Source: Azolla caroliniana
Taxonomy: Eukaryota > Plantae > Polypodiophyta
NCBI GenBank assembly: GCA_043228905.1
Contig: JBHGNT010000012.1
Coordinates: 434,001-498,000 of the forward strand
Length of the DNA: 64,000 bases
Direction of reading: 5' to 3'
Shown here one piece after another: positions 37,999-51,098 of the stretch; within the stretch, counting starts at the first letter, position 1; every line of letters begins with the position of its first letter. Made by a program: the position numbers and the translations under genes. The notes under the pieces were generated by a model. The model ran no database searches and was not told the DNA's origin. It worked only from the letters and a program-made list of their open reading frames with translations.

Positions 37999-39551
37999 CC
38001 TCGGGTTTCGTTGCCAAGGGCCTCGCGGTTACGCTTATGGTTTGGTCGCACCGTTAGGAACTGGACCGAGTGACACCCGCCTGGCTCTTGACTCTTGCAT
38101 AGGCTGAACTGTTGTCCAACACCTTGGTCTCCATCCGTGCTGCCGTGATATATGGCTCTCCTAGTATAACCGGATGCGAGGACGTCTCCTGCACGAAGAA
38201 GTGCTGGTCGATCTCGACATCGCCGATTTTCACCCGTACGTTCGGACATGCCCCATGTAGTTCTTCCGTGGTGCGCGTCGCTGCTCGTATTTTCCAGCCA
38301 TGCTTGGTGTTGATCGGCCATTTACCCTTCTTGTAGAAATCCATGGACATCAGGTTGATTTCGGATCCATGGTCTACCAATGCCACCACTGGTTCCAGAA
38401 CGTTGCCGATCCGTACAGGGGTTTCCGTAGTCGCCCTGGCCCAATGCGGCTTCGTGTAGTGGCTTCCCACCAGCTCGTCTTCTAGGGCTTCGTCTTCTAG
38501 GTGCGTGGTCCATACCTCCACCGGCTTCTCCGGTTCCGGCTCCGTCGAGAGCCTCTTACGCTTCACCAAGTCTACGATAGAGTCGTGGAACTCCCTCTTG
38601 GCGATTCCCAGCACCTCTCGCAATGACAACTCCACTTTGCTGTCGAGGATACGTTCCCCCAGGACCTTTCGCAGGTCTATGGTCCTTTCGATCTCGGTGC
38701 TCAACCGAAACCCCGCCTGCTTCTTTCCGTCTAGTGCGCCTGGGTTGCCGGCACCGGTCGGTTTCGGTCAGAACCAGGTCTCATACCTCGGGGGGCCGAC
38801 CCCTCCGGCCTTTCCTACCCTTTTTTCCTCCACCAGAACCTTGTAGTTCTGGCAAGTGGCTTCTACGAAGCCCGTTTTCTCTTCCACCGGATCGTCCCAA
38901 CCGGTGACCTCCTGGACCCGCTGTTCTGCGCGGTCCGCCTCTTCCTTCCTTAGCCGAACTCCGGAGAGGCCTTCTAGCACTAGCGGCCAGAATCTGGAGT
39001 CCTTCGCCTTCCGGGTCTCATCACCCCCGACCCGAATTCCTGTCGACACCGAGTAGTTGACGGCTTCGACGTGCCGTGCCGCGGGCTCTTCCGTCAACCT
39101 CTTCATTCCGCCGCACCCCGTATTCAGTTCTAGGGTTCTCCAGGTCTCGCTCGCATGCACCCGCCCGTTCCAGAGGTACACCATGTTGGTCTTGAGCGCG
39201 TCGGCGAAATCCGCGCAATCCTTCAGAATGTGACCAATCGCGTCACACCACATGCACCGCTGCCCAGCCGACGGTCTCCGCTCGTGAGGTTGTTCACCGC
39301 TGTCTCTTCGGGCTTGTGCGATCTGCAGGTCGCGCACCATCTGTGTTAGCTCCTCTAGAGCCACTCCTCCGGATGGGCCTCTAACCACGCCGTTCCATAC
39401 CGACCCCGACTCCGGCCAGATTCGGGTCTCTTCCTTCCTCCCAGCCAGCACCTAAACCGGCTCCTCGAGCCTCCTCCCCGGGACCGGCCCCGACCCCGAC
39501 GTGCTTCTGTCGCTCCAATCGCGCCGTTTGTCGAAACGGTTGCAGACCCGT
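37989..39551 (-). pseudogene. C2 gag (3' part) and protease; 5' gag at 50571-51076
   Basis: CMWCDAIGHILKDC knuckle, LVDHGSEINLM and VILGEPY. Confidence 0.85.
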
Positions 39552-40166
39552 TGTCGTGAAGAAAACTGTCCCCAGGTGCAAACCATGTATAGTGTGTGTG
39601 AACCGGCCCTTACACGTGGGCACGTCCCTTGTCGTATAGTAGATAGGTAGGCACAAAGGTTAAATCCTAGGTAGCAATATTCTGTAAGGGAAATCGAGGA
39701 GTATCTTTGTCTGAAAGGACAGAGAATTAATGTGATGTAAACGGGTGAAACGGCCTCCCTCCTTGAGCTATAAAAGAGAGGGAGATGGGGGAGAGAAGGG
39801 GGGGGGCTAGAAGGAACAAAGTGTTGTCGGACTGGGACAAAGCTCTTCTTCTCAGTCGTTCTCCATAGCTTTCTTTTGCGCAGGTTCTCAGGAGGCTGAT
39901 TCTGCTCCGTGGAACGCCCGTGTGCTTCCGGTAGAATCTCCATCTTGCTCTCCTGTGTGCGTGGGTGATCAGGCGTCGACACCCACCTCGCCGACCTGGT
40001 CGGCTGTAACCGTTCGAGTCGTCTGCATACATACAAATACATGCCTATATTTACATACACACTCTAGTGTTCTCAACTCGCGTCTCCTGTGTTGTTGTGA
40101 CGCGTTCCCGTGCGCTTCTTTGTCTATACATGAGTGAGCGTCTCTCTCTCTCTCTCTCTCTCTCTC

Positions 40167-40301
40167 AATGAAGACCTCACTAAGATGCAAATTGAGCATT
40201 GCAAGAGTTGTATGCCACAAGTTATGCAAGCTCGTAAAGAAGGCCATCGCGCCTTTTACCGAGACGGGCGAGTGATCATAAATGATCGCACTACTAATTG
40301 A
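40167..40301 (+). pseudogene. LINE ORF1 C-terminal fragment
   Basis: NEDLTKMQIEHCKSCMPQVMQARKEGHRAFYRDGRVIINDRTTN*, resembling the EDLT...G...I.G C-terminal domain of LINE ORF1 proteins. Confidence 0.7.
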
Positions 40302-40337
40302 CGGCGTGTGGCCCATGTGACAGAAAATGCACTTAGG

Positions 40338-43300
40338 ATGACCCTATGGAATTGTAATGGCGCACTCTGGGCACACCCCGTCCGCCTAGAGGAGATACTA
40401 AAGGTATCTGATATACTTTTCTTGGTAGAGACACATCAGAGCCCAAATAGAGGACTCCCACGGGTCGAAGGATTCCGTTGGGAGTCCGCTTTTAGACAAA
40501 CCTCACATCGACACACTACTAGGGGATCTGGAGGTGTCGCGATACTGTTTCGTAGGGAGATACATAATAGGATAGAAATAATGAAGATAGACCCAGAAGC
40601 TCATTTTATTTGGGTGAAAGTCTCCACAAGCAAAGACCAGGCAGTATTTTTCGCCATTTGTTACTTTCCCCCAAAAGGATCCCGTTATAATATTGGTGGC
40701 TTGACGAGATTAGTCGATGAAGGAATGCCACATGGGCCTTCTCCATACGAATCCCTATCGGATGACATAATCCGATATTCTTCCCAAGGAGAAGTATTTC
40801 TTGTAGGAGACTTCAATGCGAGAACCCAATCCCGACAATGCACAGTATTTCAGATGAATAGAAACCTAGAAATGGTAAATGTTGATCCTTTAGACATAGG
40901 CACCACACGTAGATCAAAGGATCAAGGTGCAGACGCCACGAGCTTTGGCCATCATCTGCTCAAACTTGGCAGTTGGCACCGGATGGTCATATATAATGGT
41001 TTAGCTAAGTGGCCGGGCTCGGAAGAGCTCACATGTTTCCCACATGGAGGAGGGGAAAGCACAATTGACTATCTAATAGGGCGCCCTGAAGCTACCCACA
41101 TGATTAACTCCTTCCGAGTGGCCCCATGCCCTATTGGCGCAGACCATAGTTTCTTATACTTCGAGCTAAAATGTGATATCTCTAAGGTCACCAAGTCTAG
41201 TCAACCATGCCATCACACCACAATGCATTTCACACATGAGCTCTCTGACATATACTCTCAACATGTTCAGGCCCATCTCCCCTCCCTTGATCCCTCCCTA
41301 CCGTTAGAAAGCCTTAGTACAAAACTCACACACATCCTTCACTCCGCAACAGCTAACAGTTTCCCATATACAAAACACTCAAATCAAGGTAGATCAGGAT
41401 CAATGCCACAAAATAAATGGTATGACGAGGATTGTAGGGACTTACATAGACAACTTACAGTATCGCAACTCAATGGTAGTATTACCTCCATACAAGCTCG
41501 CAAAGAAATGCGTAAGATGACACGTCGTAAGAGACGAGCGTGGGAGGCATCCCAATACTGGGAACTCTACCATATGCTCATGAGTAGCGATTGCGCCACG
41601 GCATGGAAGAGACTACGGGAGCCAAGACCACAAACACCCATCGAAGATCCCGAAACTTGGCACACATATACAGAGAGACTTTACCAAATCCCAAACCAAC
41701 CACCCATTCCAATGCCTTCCACACCCCGGTCTACCACGGGGACACTTTTCACGACCTCTAGGGTCATGAAGGTCATAAAGAAATTACAACATAGGAAGTC
41801 CATGGACCACACAGGATTGTGAGCAGAACACATTATATATGCGAGAGAGTGCCTAGCTCCCTTGCTAACTCTAATCTTCAATCGTGCCCTTGCGGAGGGT
41901 TTTCCACCACAGTGGACTATGAATACAGTGGCCCCCATACATAAAGGGGGGGACCCCATGGACCCAAATACATATAGGACCATTATGATAGGCCATGCCC
42001 TTGCTAAGTTATATGGTGCAGTAATGGAAGCAGAGCTTAGCGACTATATGGAGACCCTAAACCTTCGTGCACCTGAACAAGCTGGCTTTAGACGAGCCTT
42101 CTCCATTATTGATCATATCTTCACACTTAGATGCCTAATTGACCAAACTAAGGCTCGCAAGAAGAAATTATATTGTTGTTTTGTGGACTTCCGCAAAGCC
42201 TTTGACACAGTCCCTAAAGAGCGGTTGTTTGATAGACTTAAAAGCTTGAGGATACCAGATGATATGGTATGGGCCATCTACGCACTATATGAACAAGTGT
42301 CCAGGTGTGTCCGATGCCCAGGTGGCCTATCTAATCGTTTCACTAGCACTATTGGTGTAAAACAAGGTTGCCCCCTATCACCGACGCTTTTTGGGATCTA
42401 CATTGATGAGATCACAAATTTTATTGCTCGTGAGGGAGGCACCGGAGTGGTCCTTGGGGATACGCAGGTTCGTATCTTGCTCTATACGGACGACATAGTT
42501 TTGCTCTCTGAATCCGAACACGACCTACAGAGGCACCTTAATGCCTTAGATGACTTTTGTGTACAACGAGGATTGGTAGTGAATCTAGGGAAAACGAAAG
42601 TCCTTATCTTCCACACATCGGCCCAAGTTAGAGCTAAGTGTCACCTAACTATCTCCCATAGCCCAGTCGAGGTGGTTGGATCATACGTCTATCTCGGAGT
42701 CACTTTTAGTGCCCGCTCAGGTAAATTTTCAATGACACAGGCAGCGAAGGATAGACTCACGAGAGGACATGCATCCCTCTCACTCCTAGAGAGACAATGC
42801 CACCAAGCACACTTTCAAGAGCCACGGACTAAAGGGTGGCTCTTTGACTCATTAGTGACCCCCTCCCTCATGTATGCATCAGCGGTTTGGGCTCCAGGAT
42901 TACCATCTTTCATGTGGACGCAATTAGAGAGACCATTGGTGATGATGCTATCACGCCAACTCCAAAGCAAATCGACTGTACCACATGACATTATTAGGGC
43001 CGAGTTCACGTTACCCCCAATGTTAGTAGAGGCACTTTTTCAACTTGTAGTCTTCATTGATAGGATACATAGCCAACCACATGATAGAATATCTCATCAA
43101 GCCTTTAAGGCCTCTCGATCATTGTATGAGTCCGGCTATACTAGCTCATGGTATGGCATGATGGTGAGTTGGCTTCTTGCGAATAGTCTAGACATTAATA
43201 ACCTGCCTCCCCTTAGGTACAACCACACGAGTGATAACACCTTAATCTCTCATGAGGACCGCAATAAAGTAATACGCCAAGAAATATGGCAAATTTACAC

Positions 43301-44039
43301 TCGGTGTAAATGGATCACCCCACTAGAGCCACTCCCATCTAAAATGTTGTACCATAAGAAACACTTCATGCACTTCTCTGAGTTAGGTTTTATTAGGCGG
43401 CCAAAATATCTAAATGTATTCTTACCACATGCACTAAGGGTTGCCATTGGACAACTTAGAATATCATCTCACCAACTTGAGATTGAGAATGGCCGTACTA
43501 GTGGAGTCCCTAGGGAGGAAAGGATATGTAGGTTATGTCACATAGAGATAGAGGATGAGTACCACTTTACATGCAAGTGTCCAACCTATGCCGAGATAAG
43601 GGCAAAATACCAAGACATACTTGGTCCGTCTCCCACCCTCCCCAAACTATTAGATACTCTAGATATAAAGAAATTAGGCAAATACATTCTAGAGCTAAAA
43701 CAACACAAAGAGAATAAGTTACAAAATGTTGACAATAATGTTGCTAATGATCACGAACATGTAACAAATGAAGTTTTTCAGGAACCTGAGGAGACAACAA
43801 ATGCCGACACACTTGCACCACTCGGCCTTTCCATTGATGAGGCAGAAAACCAGAGAAGAACCAGACGTCCTCGGGTGCCGGGTTTCAAAGCAACTCGACG
43901 TGATGTGGAAGCAATATTGAAAATAAGGGAACGTGAGCTACACCACCTAGAAGCCATGGCTAGGGCACTCTCTACATTGGAACCCACATCAAGACCCTTT
44001 GACCCCCCACTTCTTTTCGAGAGGCTTGGGTGGAAATAA
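40338..44039 (+). pseudogene. LINE ORF2 (AP endonuclease, RT, C-terminal Cys/His motif) with one internal stop
   Basis: WNCNG, VGDFNAR, TIDY, GADH, FVDFRKAFD, GVKQGCPLSP, YTDD and CRLC..EDEYHFTCKC. A single TGA at 41820, same frame on both sides. Confidence 0.93.
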
Positions 44040-44337
44040 AATTAGGCTTAGTGTATAGTCACTTTCGAGTATACTACATATTGTACACTACTAGAACTCT
44101 TTTAGTTTAAGTTCTATTTTTTACTTAATTTTATTTTAGTTATGATGACTGGATAAATACTCTTTTGTTGTAAACCAATTGTCTCATGGGCCAAATTTGG
44201 CCTTAGAAGACGTTAATATATCTTTCTTTCTTTCTTTTTCTCTCTCTCTCTCTCTCTTCTCCTCACCTATTCCTCGGTCCAAGACCCCAATGGTCCCACC
44301 TTGTTCTCCACGCACGCGCGTAGCAACGCGACATATT

Positions 44338-44355
44338 CAGTGAACCCGACGTGAA
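44338..44355 (+). promoter_or_regulatory. C3 primer-binding site (tRNA-Trp, mutated)
   Basis: caGTGAACCCGACGTGAA, 16/18 match. Confidence 0.8.
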
Positions 44356-44376
44356 CAGGTGGCAGAGGAGTAGAAG

Positions 44377-46503
44377 ATGAGGGGGTCGGACCTTGCAGAA
44401 GCCATGGCTTCGGATGTAGACCGTATAGTGAGTGCGCGCGAAGGCACCGACGCCCTTGATAGGGCTATCGAGGCGGTTGTCGGTACGATCAGCCGGTTTA
44501 GTGGGAAGGATGCCACAAGCTACTTGGCGTCCTACTGGGCTGAGATGGTAATGAGGGACATTCCGGAAGAGAGGCGTCTAGCCGGATTCCCTCGAGTGGC
44601 GATGCCGGGTATCCATACGGAGGTGCTCGAGGTACGGGCCGAGAGCCGGACCTGGGAGGAGTTCGAAGGTCGGGTCCTCGAAAGATACGGGCTTGAAGAT
44701 GCGCTTCGACTTTCGAAGCAGGACTTCATGGCGTGGGTGGAGACCCCTGACAAAGGAAGGAACGTGTCAGTGCTCCTTCAGGAGTTTGAGGAACGCTTCA
44801 CGCGCCTCTTGGTGCTTGACCGGACCGTTCTGGACACAAGCTGTGTCCTATTGTTTGTTAAGTCGGTTGACGAGCGGGATTGGGAGCAGGTAGGCCTCCT
44901 ATTGGAGACTGATGACGGGCTGACGGCCGACTAGGCCGTGGTGAAAAGGGTCAATGGCTGTTTCGACAAATGGCGGGACTGGGTTGACAAAGGATCGACA
45001 GGGGCGGGCTCTGTCGCAACAAAGAAGCTCGAGCCAACACCACCAACGTGAAGGGAAGAGACCCAAGATTGGCTCAAGACCGGGTCGGCTTCAATTTGCA
45101 TGGTCAAGGGCTCATCCGGGGGAGTAGCTCTGGAGGAGCTAACGCGGATGGTAAAGGATCTCCAGATCGCCCAGGCACGGAGGGATGGTGGCGAACAGGC
45201 CCGTGACCGACGACCTCTAGCTGAAAACAGGTGCATGTGGTGTGACGCGGTTGGGCACATTCGGAAGGACTACGGGGACTTCGCCGAGGCGATTAGAAGC
45301 AACGTGGTGTACCTGTGGAATGGTCGGGTGCACGCCAGCGAGACCCGAAGGGCCCTGAACCTGAACGTCGGGCGAGGGGGTATGAAAAGGCAGATGGAGG
45401 AGGCAGCGGCTCGTCACGCGGAGACCGTCCACTACTCGGCGTCAGCTGGTATTCGGGTCGGAGGTGGCGAGGCCCCGAAGACGAACAAAGTCGGGTTCTA
45501 GCCGACGATGCTGGAAGGCCTCGCCGGCGCACGGCTGAGGAAAGAAGAGGTGGACCGCGCGGAAAAACAGGTCCGGGAGGTAACCGGGTGGAGTGACCCT
45601 GTGGAAGAAAAGACGGGCTTCGTCGAAGCCGCTTGTCAAAACTACAAGGCTCTGGTGGAGGACAAGCAGGTAGGGAAAACCGGAGGGGCCGGGCCCTCGC
45701 AGCGATATGAAACTCGATTCAGGCAAAGACGGAATGAGGCCGTTGTAACCGGCGCCCAGGATAATCCCAAGAAGGGTGGGTACCGACTGGGCACAGAAAT
45801 CGAAAGATCCACGGACCTGCGAAAGGTCCTGGAAGAACGAATCCTCGACAACAAGGTGGAGCTATCGCTGAGGGAAGTGCTCGGGATCGCCAAGAAGGAG
45901 TTCCACGACTCCATCGTAGACTTGGTGAAGAGGAAGAGGCTGTCGACAGAGATAGAACCAGAGAAGCCGGTGGAGGTGCGAACGACGCACATAGAGGACA
46001 TGGCGCTGGAAGACGAGTTGGCGAAGAGCCATTATTCGAGGCCGCACTGGGCCAGAGCGACCACGGAAACCCCCGTGAAGATCGGAGATGTTCATGAACC
46101 GGTGGTGGCGTTGGTGGACCATGGTTCAGAAATCAATTTGATGTCCATGGACTTCTATAAGAAGGGAAAATGGCCGATCAACACCAAGCACAAGTGGAAA
46201 ATACGGGCGGCGACGCGTGCCACCGAAGAACTGCATGGAGCCTGCCCGAACGTACGAGTAAAGATCGGCGATGTCGAGATTGACCAACACTTCTTCGTGT
46301 AGGAGACGTCCTCACATCCTGTTATACTAGGAGAACCGTACATCACAACAACACGGATGGAGACCAAGGTGCTGGACAACAGCTCGGCCTATGCAAGGGT
46401 CAAGAGCTAGGATGGGCGCCACTCGGTCCAGTTCCTGACGGTGAGACCAAACCATGAGAGGAACCGCGAGACCCTCGGGGGCGAAAGCCGGGAGGATTTT
46501 TGA
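44377..46503 (+). pseudogene. C3 gag-protease (single frame with in-frame stops)
   Basis: ORF pieces at 44377, 45100 and 45508 share a frame ending GAT TTT TGA at 46503; CMWC knuckle and LVDHGSEIN. Confidence 0.88.
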
Positions 46504-46559
46504 AGAGGGTTGTCAAGGCGTGGGGCTGCGATAGTCCGGACACTCCGGGAAAACCCCAC
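46494..46559 (+). promoter_or_regulatory. Putative -1 ribosomal frameshift signal (C3)
   Basis: GGATTTT 46494-46500; stem GGGTTGTC(46507)/GATAGTCC(46530); GTGGGG(46520)/CCCCAC(46554). Confidence 0.75.
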
Positions 46560-49500
46560 ATGTGTATGATAGCGAAGAAGACCTGTGCTATAAATAGGGA
46601 ATTTTGGTTCTCCGACAACGGAGGGTGTACGACAGTCGACGTTGTTGGCCGGAAGAAGAGAAGGGCGGAGGAGCGACTTCGGGCATGTGGCGTCCTCGAC
46701 CTCGGAGAGGAAATCAACGGAGCCGTGGAGGCGGTCTCTTTCGACGATACCTTGGGGGAGCTGCGGGAGGTAGTTGGAGGAGTCCTTAAAGATGACCGGA
46801 CGATTCTGGTATGTTCGAAAAATATGTACGAAGTCATCGCGGACTTCAGTAGAGGGCTCGAGTCGGATCGGACGGCCCGGGTGGACACGAGGTACAAGAC
46901 TGTGGACCGGAAGGTGAGGCCAATCGCGGCTCCCTTGCCGGAGGGCAGCGAGTTGCGAAAAAAGGGGGTTGCGTCGGACCCGAGTTTACGAAATCCGGCC
47001 CGCATAGGACACGTTCACCGACATAACGATGCGCGAGCTCAAAATCGGTGGGGGCGGCTTCCTACTGTTGGCGGAAGAGGACCGTTTTCGGGGAATGCTC
47101 GGAAGCCACGGGAAGGCTTTCGCATTCTCACCGGAGGAGATCGGGTGCGTAGACCTGACAATTGTGGAACCGATGGTGATATTCAGGGTACCGCATGTGC
47201 CGTGGAGTCTCAAACCGATTCCAGTACCCAAAGCTCACATCCCGAAGCTGATGGAGCTGTTAAAGCAGAAGGTCGAGATGGGAATCCTCGAACCGTCGAG
47301 TGCCCCATACTCAAATCGGTGGTTTACCATGCCGAAGAAGGACGGCACGCTGTGCTTTATTCAAGACCTGCAGCCGGTCAACAAGGTGATCATTCGAAAC
47401 GCAGGAATCGGACCGACAATAGACGAGTTCGCGGGCCTTCGCCGGAAGGTCGATTTACTCGGTCGGTGATCTCTACTCGGGGTACAATCAGTTCCAGCTT
47501 GCCGTAGAGAACAGAGACATCACGACAATGCGAACTCCTCTCGGCCTAGTACGGATGTGTACCCTGCCGCAAGGAGGGACGAACTCGGTGGCTCACATGG
47601 TGAACGCAATGAACAAAGTGCTGAGGGATTGTATACCAGACATCACCATGCCGTTTTTGGATGACGTCCCGATCAAGGGATGCCCGATGGAGGAAAGGGA
47701 CAAGACGATCGGACCGGACAGATGCCGGAAATTCATGGCGACGCACATCGATGACCGCGAGAAGGTGTTGCAGAGGTTGGAGGGAGCGAGGCTCACCTTC
47801 TTCGGGGGAAAATCGGCCTTCGGGCAATCAGAGATCATGGTCGTCGGACACCTATGCGGGCCGTACGGCCGGAAACCGTCTCCGGCTAAGGTAGAAGCCA
47901 TCTCCGCGATGAAGAACGACTGTAGCTCGGTCACGGAGGTTCGGAGGTTCTTGGGAGCATGCGCGTTCTACCACATATGGATCCCGCATTACGCTCACGT
48001 CGCGGAGCCGTTATACGGGTTGCTGAAAAAGGGGCGAAAATTCGAGTGGAGAGACGAGCATACGGAGTCTGTCCGGAAGATGAAGGAAGCACTTGCCGCC
48101 GCTCCGGCGCTCCGAAAGGCTATCTACGGAAAGAGCACTCCAATTTACGTAACGGTAGACACAAGTCCGACCGGGATCGGATGGGTCGTCAACCAAGAGG
48201 ACGAGGACGGCATGCGTTCCCCGATCAAGTTCGGCGCGAAGGTCCTTAGCGAACGACAGTGAGGATACGCCCAGGTTAAACGCGAGCTCTGGGGTATCGT
48301 TTCGGCGGTAAAGGCCGATAAAGACTACCTGATCAGGACAGAGGTAATTATCGAGACGGACTGCCTGCCGATCCTTGGCATGGTTTCCGGATGCGTGACG
48401 CCGGACCTGGCAATGCTCAGGTGGATAGCGTACATCAAGTCCCTGAATCTGGAAATACGACACATTTCCGGGAAAGACAACGCCATGGCCGACATGCTTT
48501 CAAGGGCAAGGTTCGAAAATGACGACGGCATGGTTTCAGAGGACGAGGAAGTCGGCGTGGACTTCTTCGAGGCGGCTCACGTAACAACCGGCAGGGAATG
48601 CTCTCCAACGCTTAACGATTTCGACGAGAGCAAGTACGACGGGGAGTGGCTGCAGATCGACGGGTTCCTGAGAACAATGACACTGGACGCGGCATGGACA
48701 ACGGACGAGGCCAACCGGATTCGGAAGAAAGCCTACCGATTCTTTCTTCGGGACGGATACATATGGAAGCACCTGAAGAAGAGGAACGACATCCTGCTCT
48801 GAGTGGTGGCGAAGAAGCAGGAATAGGAGGATTTGCTGGCGGCGTACCACGATAGCCCGTGGGCTGGACACCGTGGAACGTGGGCCACGTTCGAAAAGCT
48901 AAAGGGGAAGTACTGGTGGCCGGGACTATACCGGGACGTGCATCGGTTCGTGACGTCTTGCGAAAGCTGTCAGGTGCACTCCATGATCCGACATCGGGAC
49001 GAGCTTCACCCGACCTACCCTCCGACCGTCCACTTCATGTGGATGGTGGATTTGGTGACTGCAGAACAAGACGACGACAACCGTGTGCCGGTTTTTGATT
49101 GAGGACGTAGTATGCCGATACGAGTGCGTAGGGAAGATCGTGGCTGACCGTGATGAGTTGGACGCAGAAGAGGCCAAAGAGCTATTCGACTGGCTAGGAG
49201 TCAAACTTTCGCTCACCATAGCGTACAATCCGGAGGCGAACGGGAAGGTGGAGCGTGGACACGGGCCAATTGTCAAAGCGCTAGTACGGGCGTGCGGAGG
49301 CCGAGTCGGGGACTGGCCACGGCTGCTACCTTATGCCTTGTGGGCGGACCAAACTACACACAGTTCGGTAACCGGGTTCATGCCGGCCGAGCTGATGTTC
49401 GGACAGAAGCCGATCATGCCAACAGAGCAAACGATCTCCTCGTGGGCCACGGTGGACTGGAGGGATGAGATGAGCCAGGAGGAATTGTTGGCGGCGCGGA

Positions 49501-49877
49501 TTCGACAGCTCGAGCAAAGGCCGGAGGACGTAGAGCGAGCCGCGGAGAAACTTCGAGTAGCGAGGATAAGGAACAAAGCTTGGTTCGACCAAACACACCG
49601 GTTCAGGCCAAGGAAGATCGAGGAAGGCGACTGGGTGCTAGTCTACGACAGCAGCCTTGACAATCAGCACAGGGCCACGCGGAAGTTTGCGAGGAGGTGG
49701 TTCGGGCCTTATGTAGTAACAGGCACCAAGGGCAATGGGACGTACTGTCGAGCTCCGCGAGCGGGGAAGAGGATCAGAGCGTTCAAGAAACGGCACGACG
49801 GGGAGCCGGGGCTAGGGGGCATGGACAACGACGACGAGCAGCCTGAGGCGGAGGATGAACCGGTAAACGAGGAATAA
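46500..49877 (+). pseudogene. C3 pol (RT, RNase H, integrase) in the -1 frame
   Basis: Same motifs as C2 pol, with several indels and stops. Confidence 0.9.
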
Positions 49878-49953
49878 AAGCAAGGATCGGTTTTCTCCCA
49901 TAGGAACCCAGTTTTGGCGCATACCGGTGGATGCGCGGTTAGGTGGGGGCGGA

Positions 49954-50570
49954 TGTCGTGAAGAAAACCGTCCCCAAGCGCAAACCGTGTATAGTGTGTG
50001 TGAACCGGCCCTTACACGTGGGCATGTCCCTTGTCGTATAGTAGATAGGTAGGCACAAAGGTTAAATCCTAGGTAGCAATATTCTGTAAGGGAAATCGAG
50101 GAGTATCTTTGTCCGAAAGGACAGAGAATTAATGTGATGTAAACGGGTGAAACGACCTCCCTCCTTGAGCTATAAAAGAGAGGGAGATGGGGGAGAGAAG
50201 GGGGGGGGCTAGAAGGAACGAAGTGTTGTCGGACTGGGACAGAGCTCTTCTTCTCAGTCGTTCTCCATAGCTTTCTTTTGCGCAGGTTCTCAGGAGGTTG
50301 ATTCTGCTCCGTGGAACGCCCGTGTGCTTCCGGTTGAATCTCCATCTTGCTCTCCTGTGTGCGTGGGTGATCAGGCGTCGGCACCCACCTCGCCGACTTG
50401 GTCGGCTGTAACCGTTTGAGTCGTCTGCATACATACAAATACATGCCTATATTTACATACACACTCTAGTGTTCTCAACTCGCGTCTCTTGTGTTGTTGT
50501 GACGCGTCCCCGTGCGCTTCTTTGTCTATACGTGAGTGAGCGTCTCTCTCTCTCTCTCTCTCTCTCTCTC
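49954..50570 (+). repeat. C3 3' LTR (truncated)
   Basis: Matches 39552-40166; ends in (TC)n fused to C2 gag. Confidence 0.9.
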
Positions 50571-51098
50571 CTGTCGAGTGCATCCACCGACTTGACAAAC
50601 AACAGTACTCGACTTGTTTCGAGCACCGTCCGGTCCAACGTCGACAGCCGCGCGAACCGTTTTTCGAACTCCTAGAGGAGCACCGACGTGTTCCTCCCTT
50701 TTCCGGGGCTTTCCACCCACGCCATGAAGTCCCGCCTTGACAGCTGGAGCGAGTCGTCAAACCCGTACTTCTCGAGGAGCTGCAGCTCGAACTCCTCCCA
50801 AGTCTGGCATCTGGCCAGCACCTCGAGCACCTCCGCATGGATGCCCGACGTCACCACCCGAGGGAATCTGGACAGCCGCCTGTCCACTGGGATATCCCTC
50901 ATGATCATTTCGGCCTGGTAAGCCTCCAAATAACTTGTGGCATCTTTCCCTCCGAAACGGCCTATAGAGCCGACGATCGATTCAATGGCTTTGTCGAGGG
51001 TACCCATTCCCTCACGAGCGCTCACCAGCCGGTCGACGGCTACCGCCATTGCCTCTGCTAGTTCCGATCCCCTCATCTTTCGACTCCTTTGCCGCCCT

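Larger units (their letters stand above)
40167..44240 (+). mobile_element. 5'-truncated LINE (RTEX-like; clade is inference) inserted in the (TC)n of the C3 5' LTR
   Basis: ORF1 tail, ORF2, 3' UTR and a (TCTT)n tail; (TC)n on both flanks. Confidence 0.93.
39552..50570 (+). mobile_element. Gypsy C3: family-C copy inserted in C2 gag
   Basis: 5' LTR 39552-44333 (split by the LINE), PBS 44338-44355, PPT 49942-49953. The 3' LTR 49954-50570 is truncated at its (TC)n. LTRs are ~97% identical by eye. Confidence 0.93.

Noticed and set aside
39452-40060. 202-aa and 216-aa (49812-50462) near-identical antisense ORFs
   Set aside because: They are the two copies of the C3 LTR read on the minus strand. 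The ORF is not conserved in the C1 or C2 LTRs.
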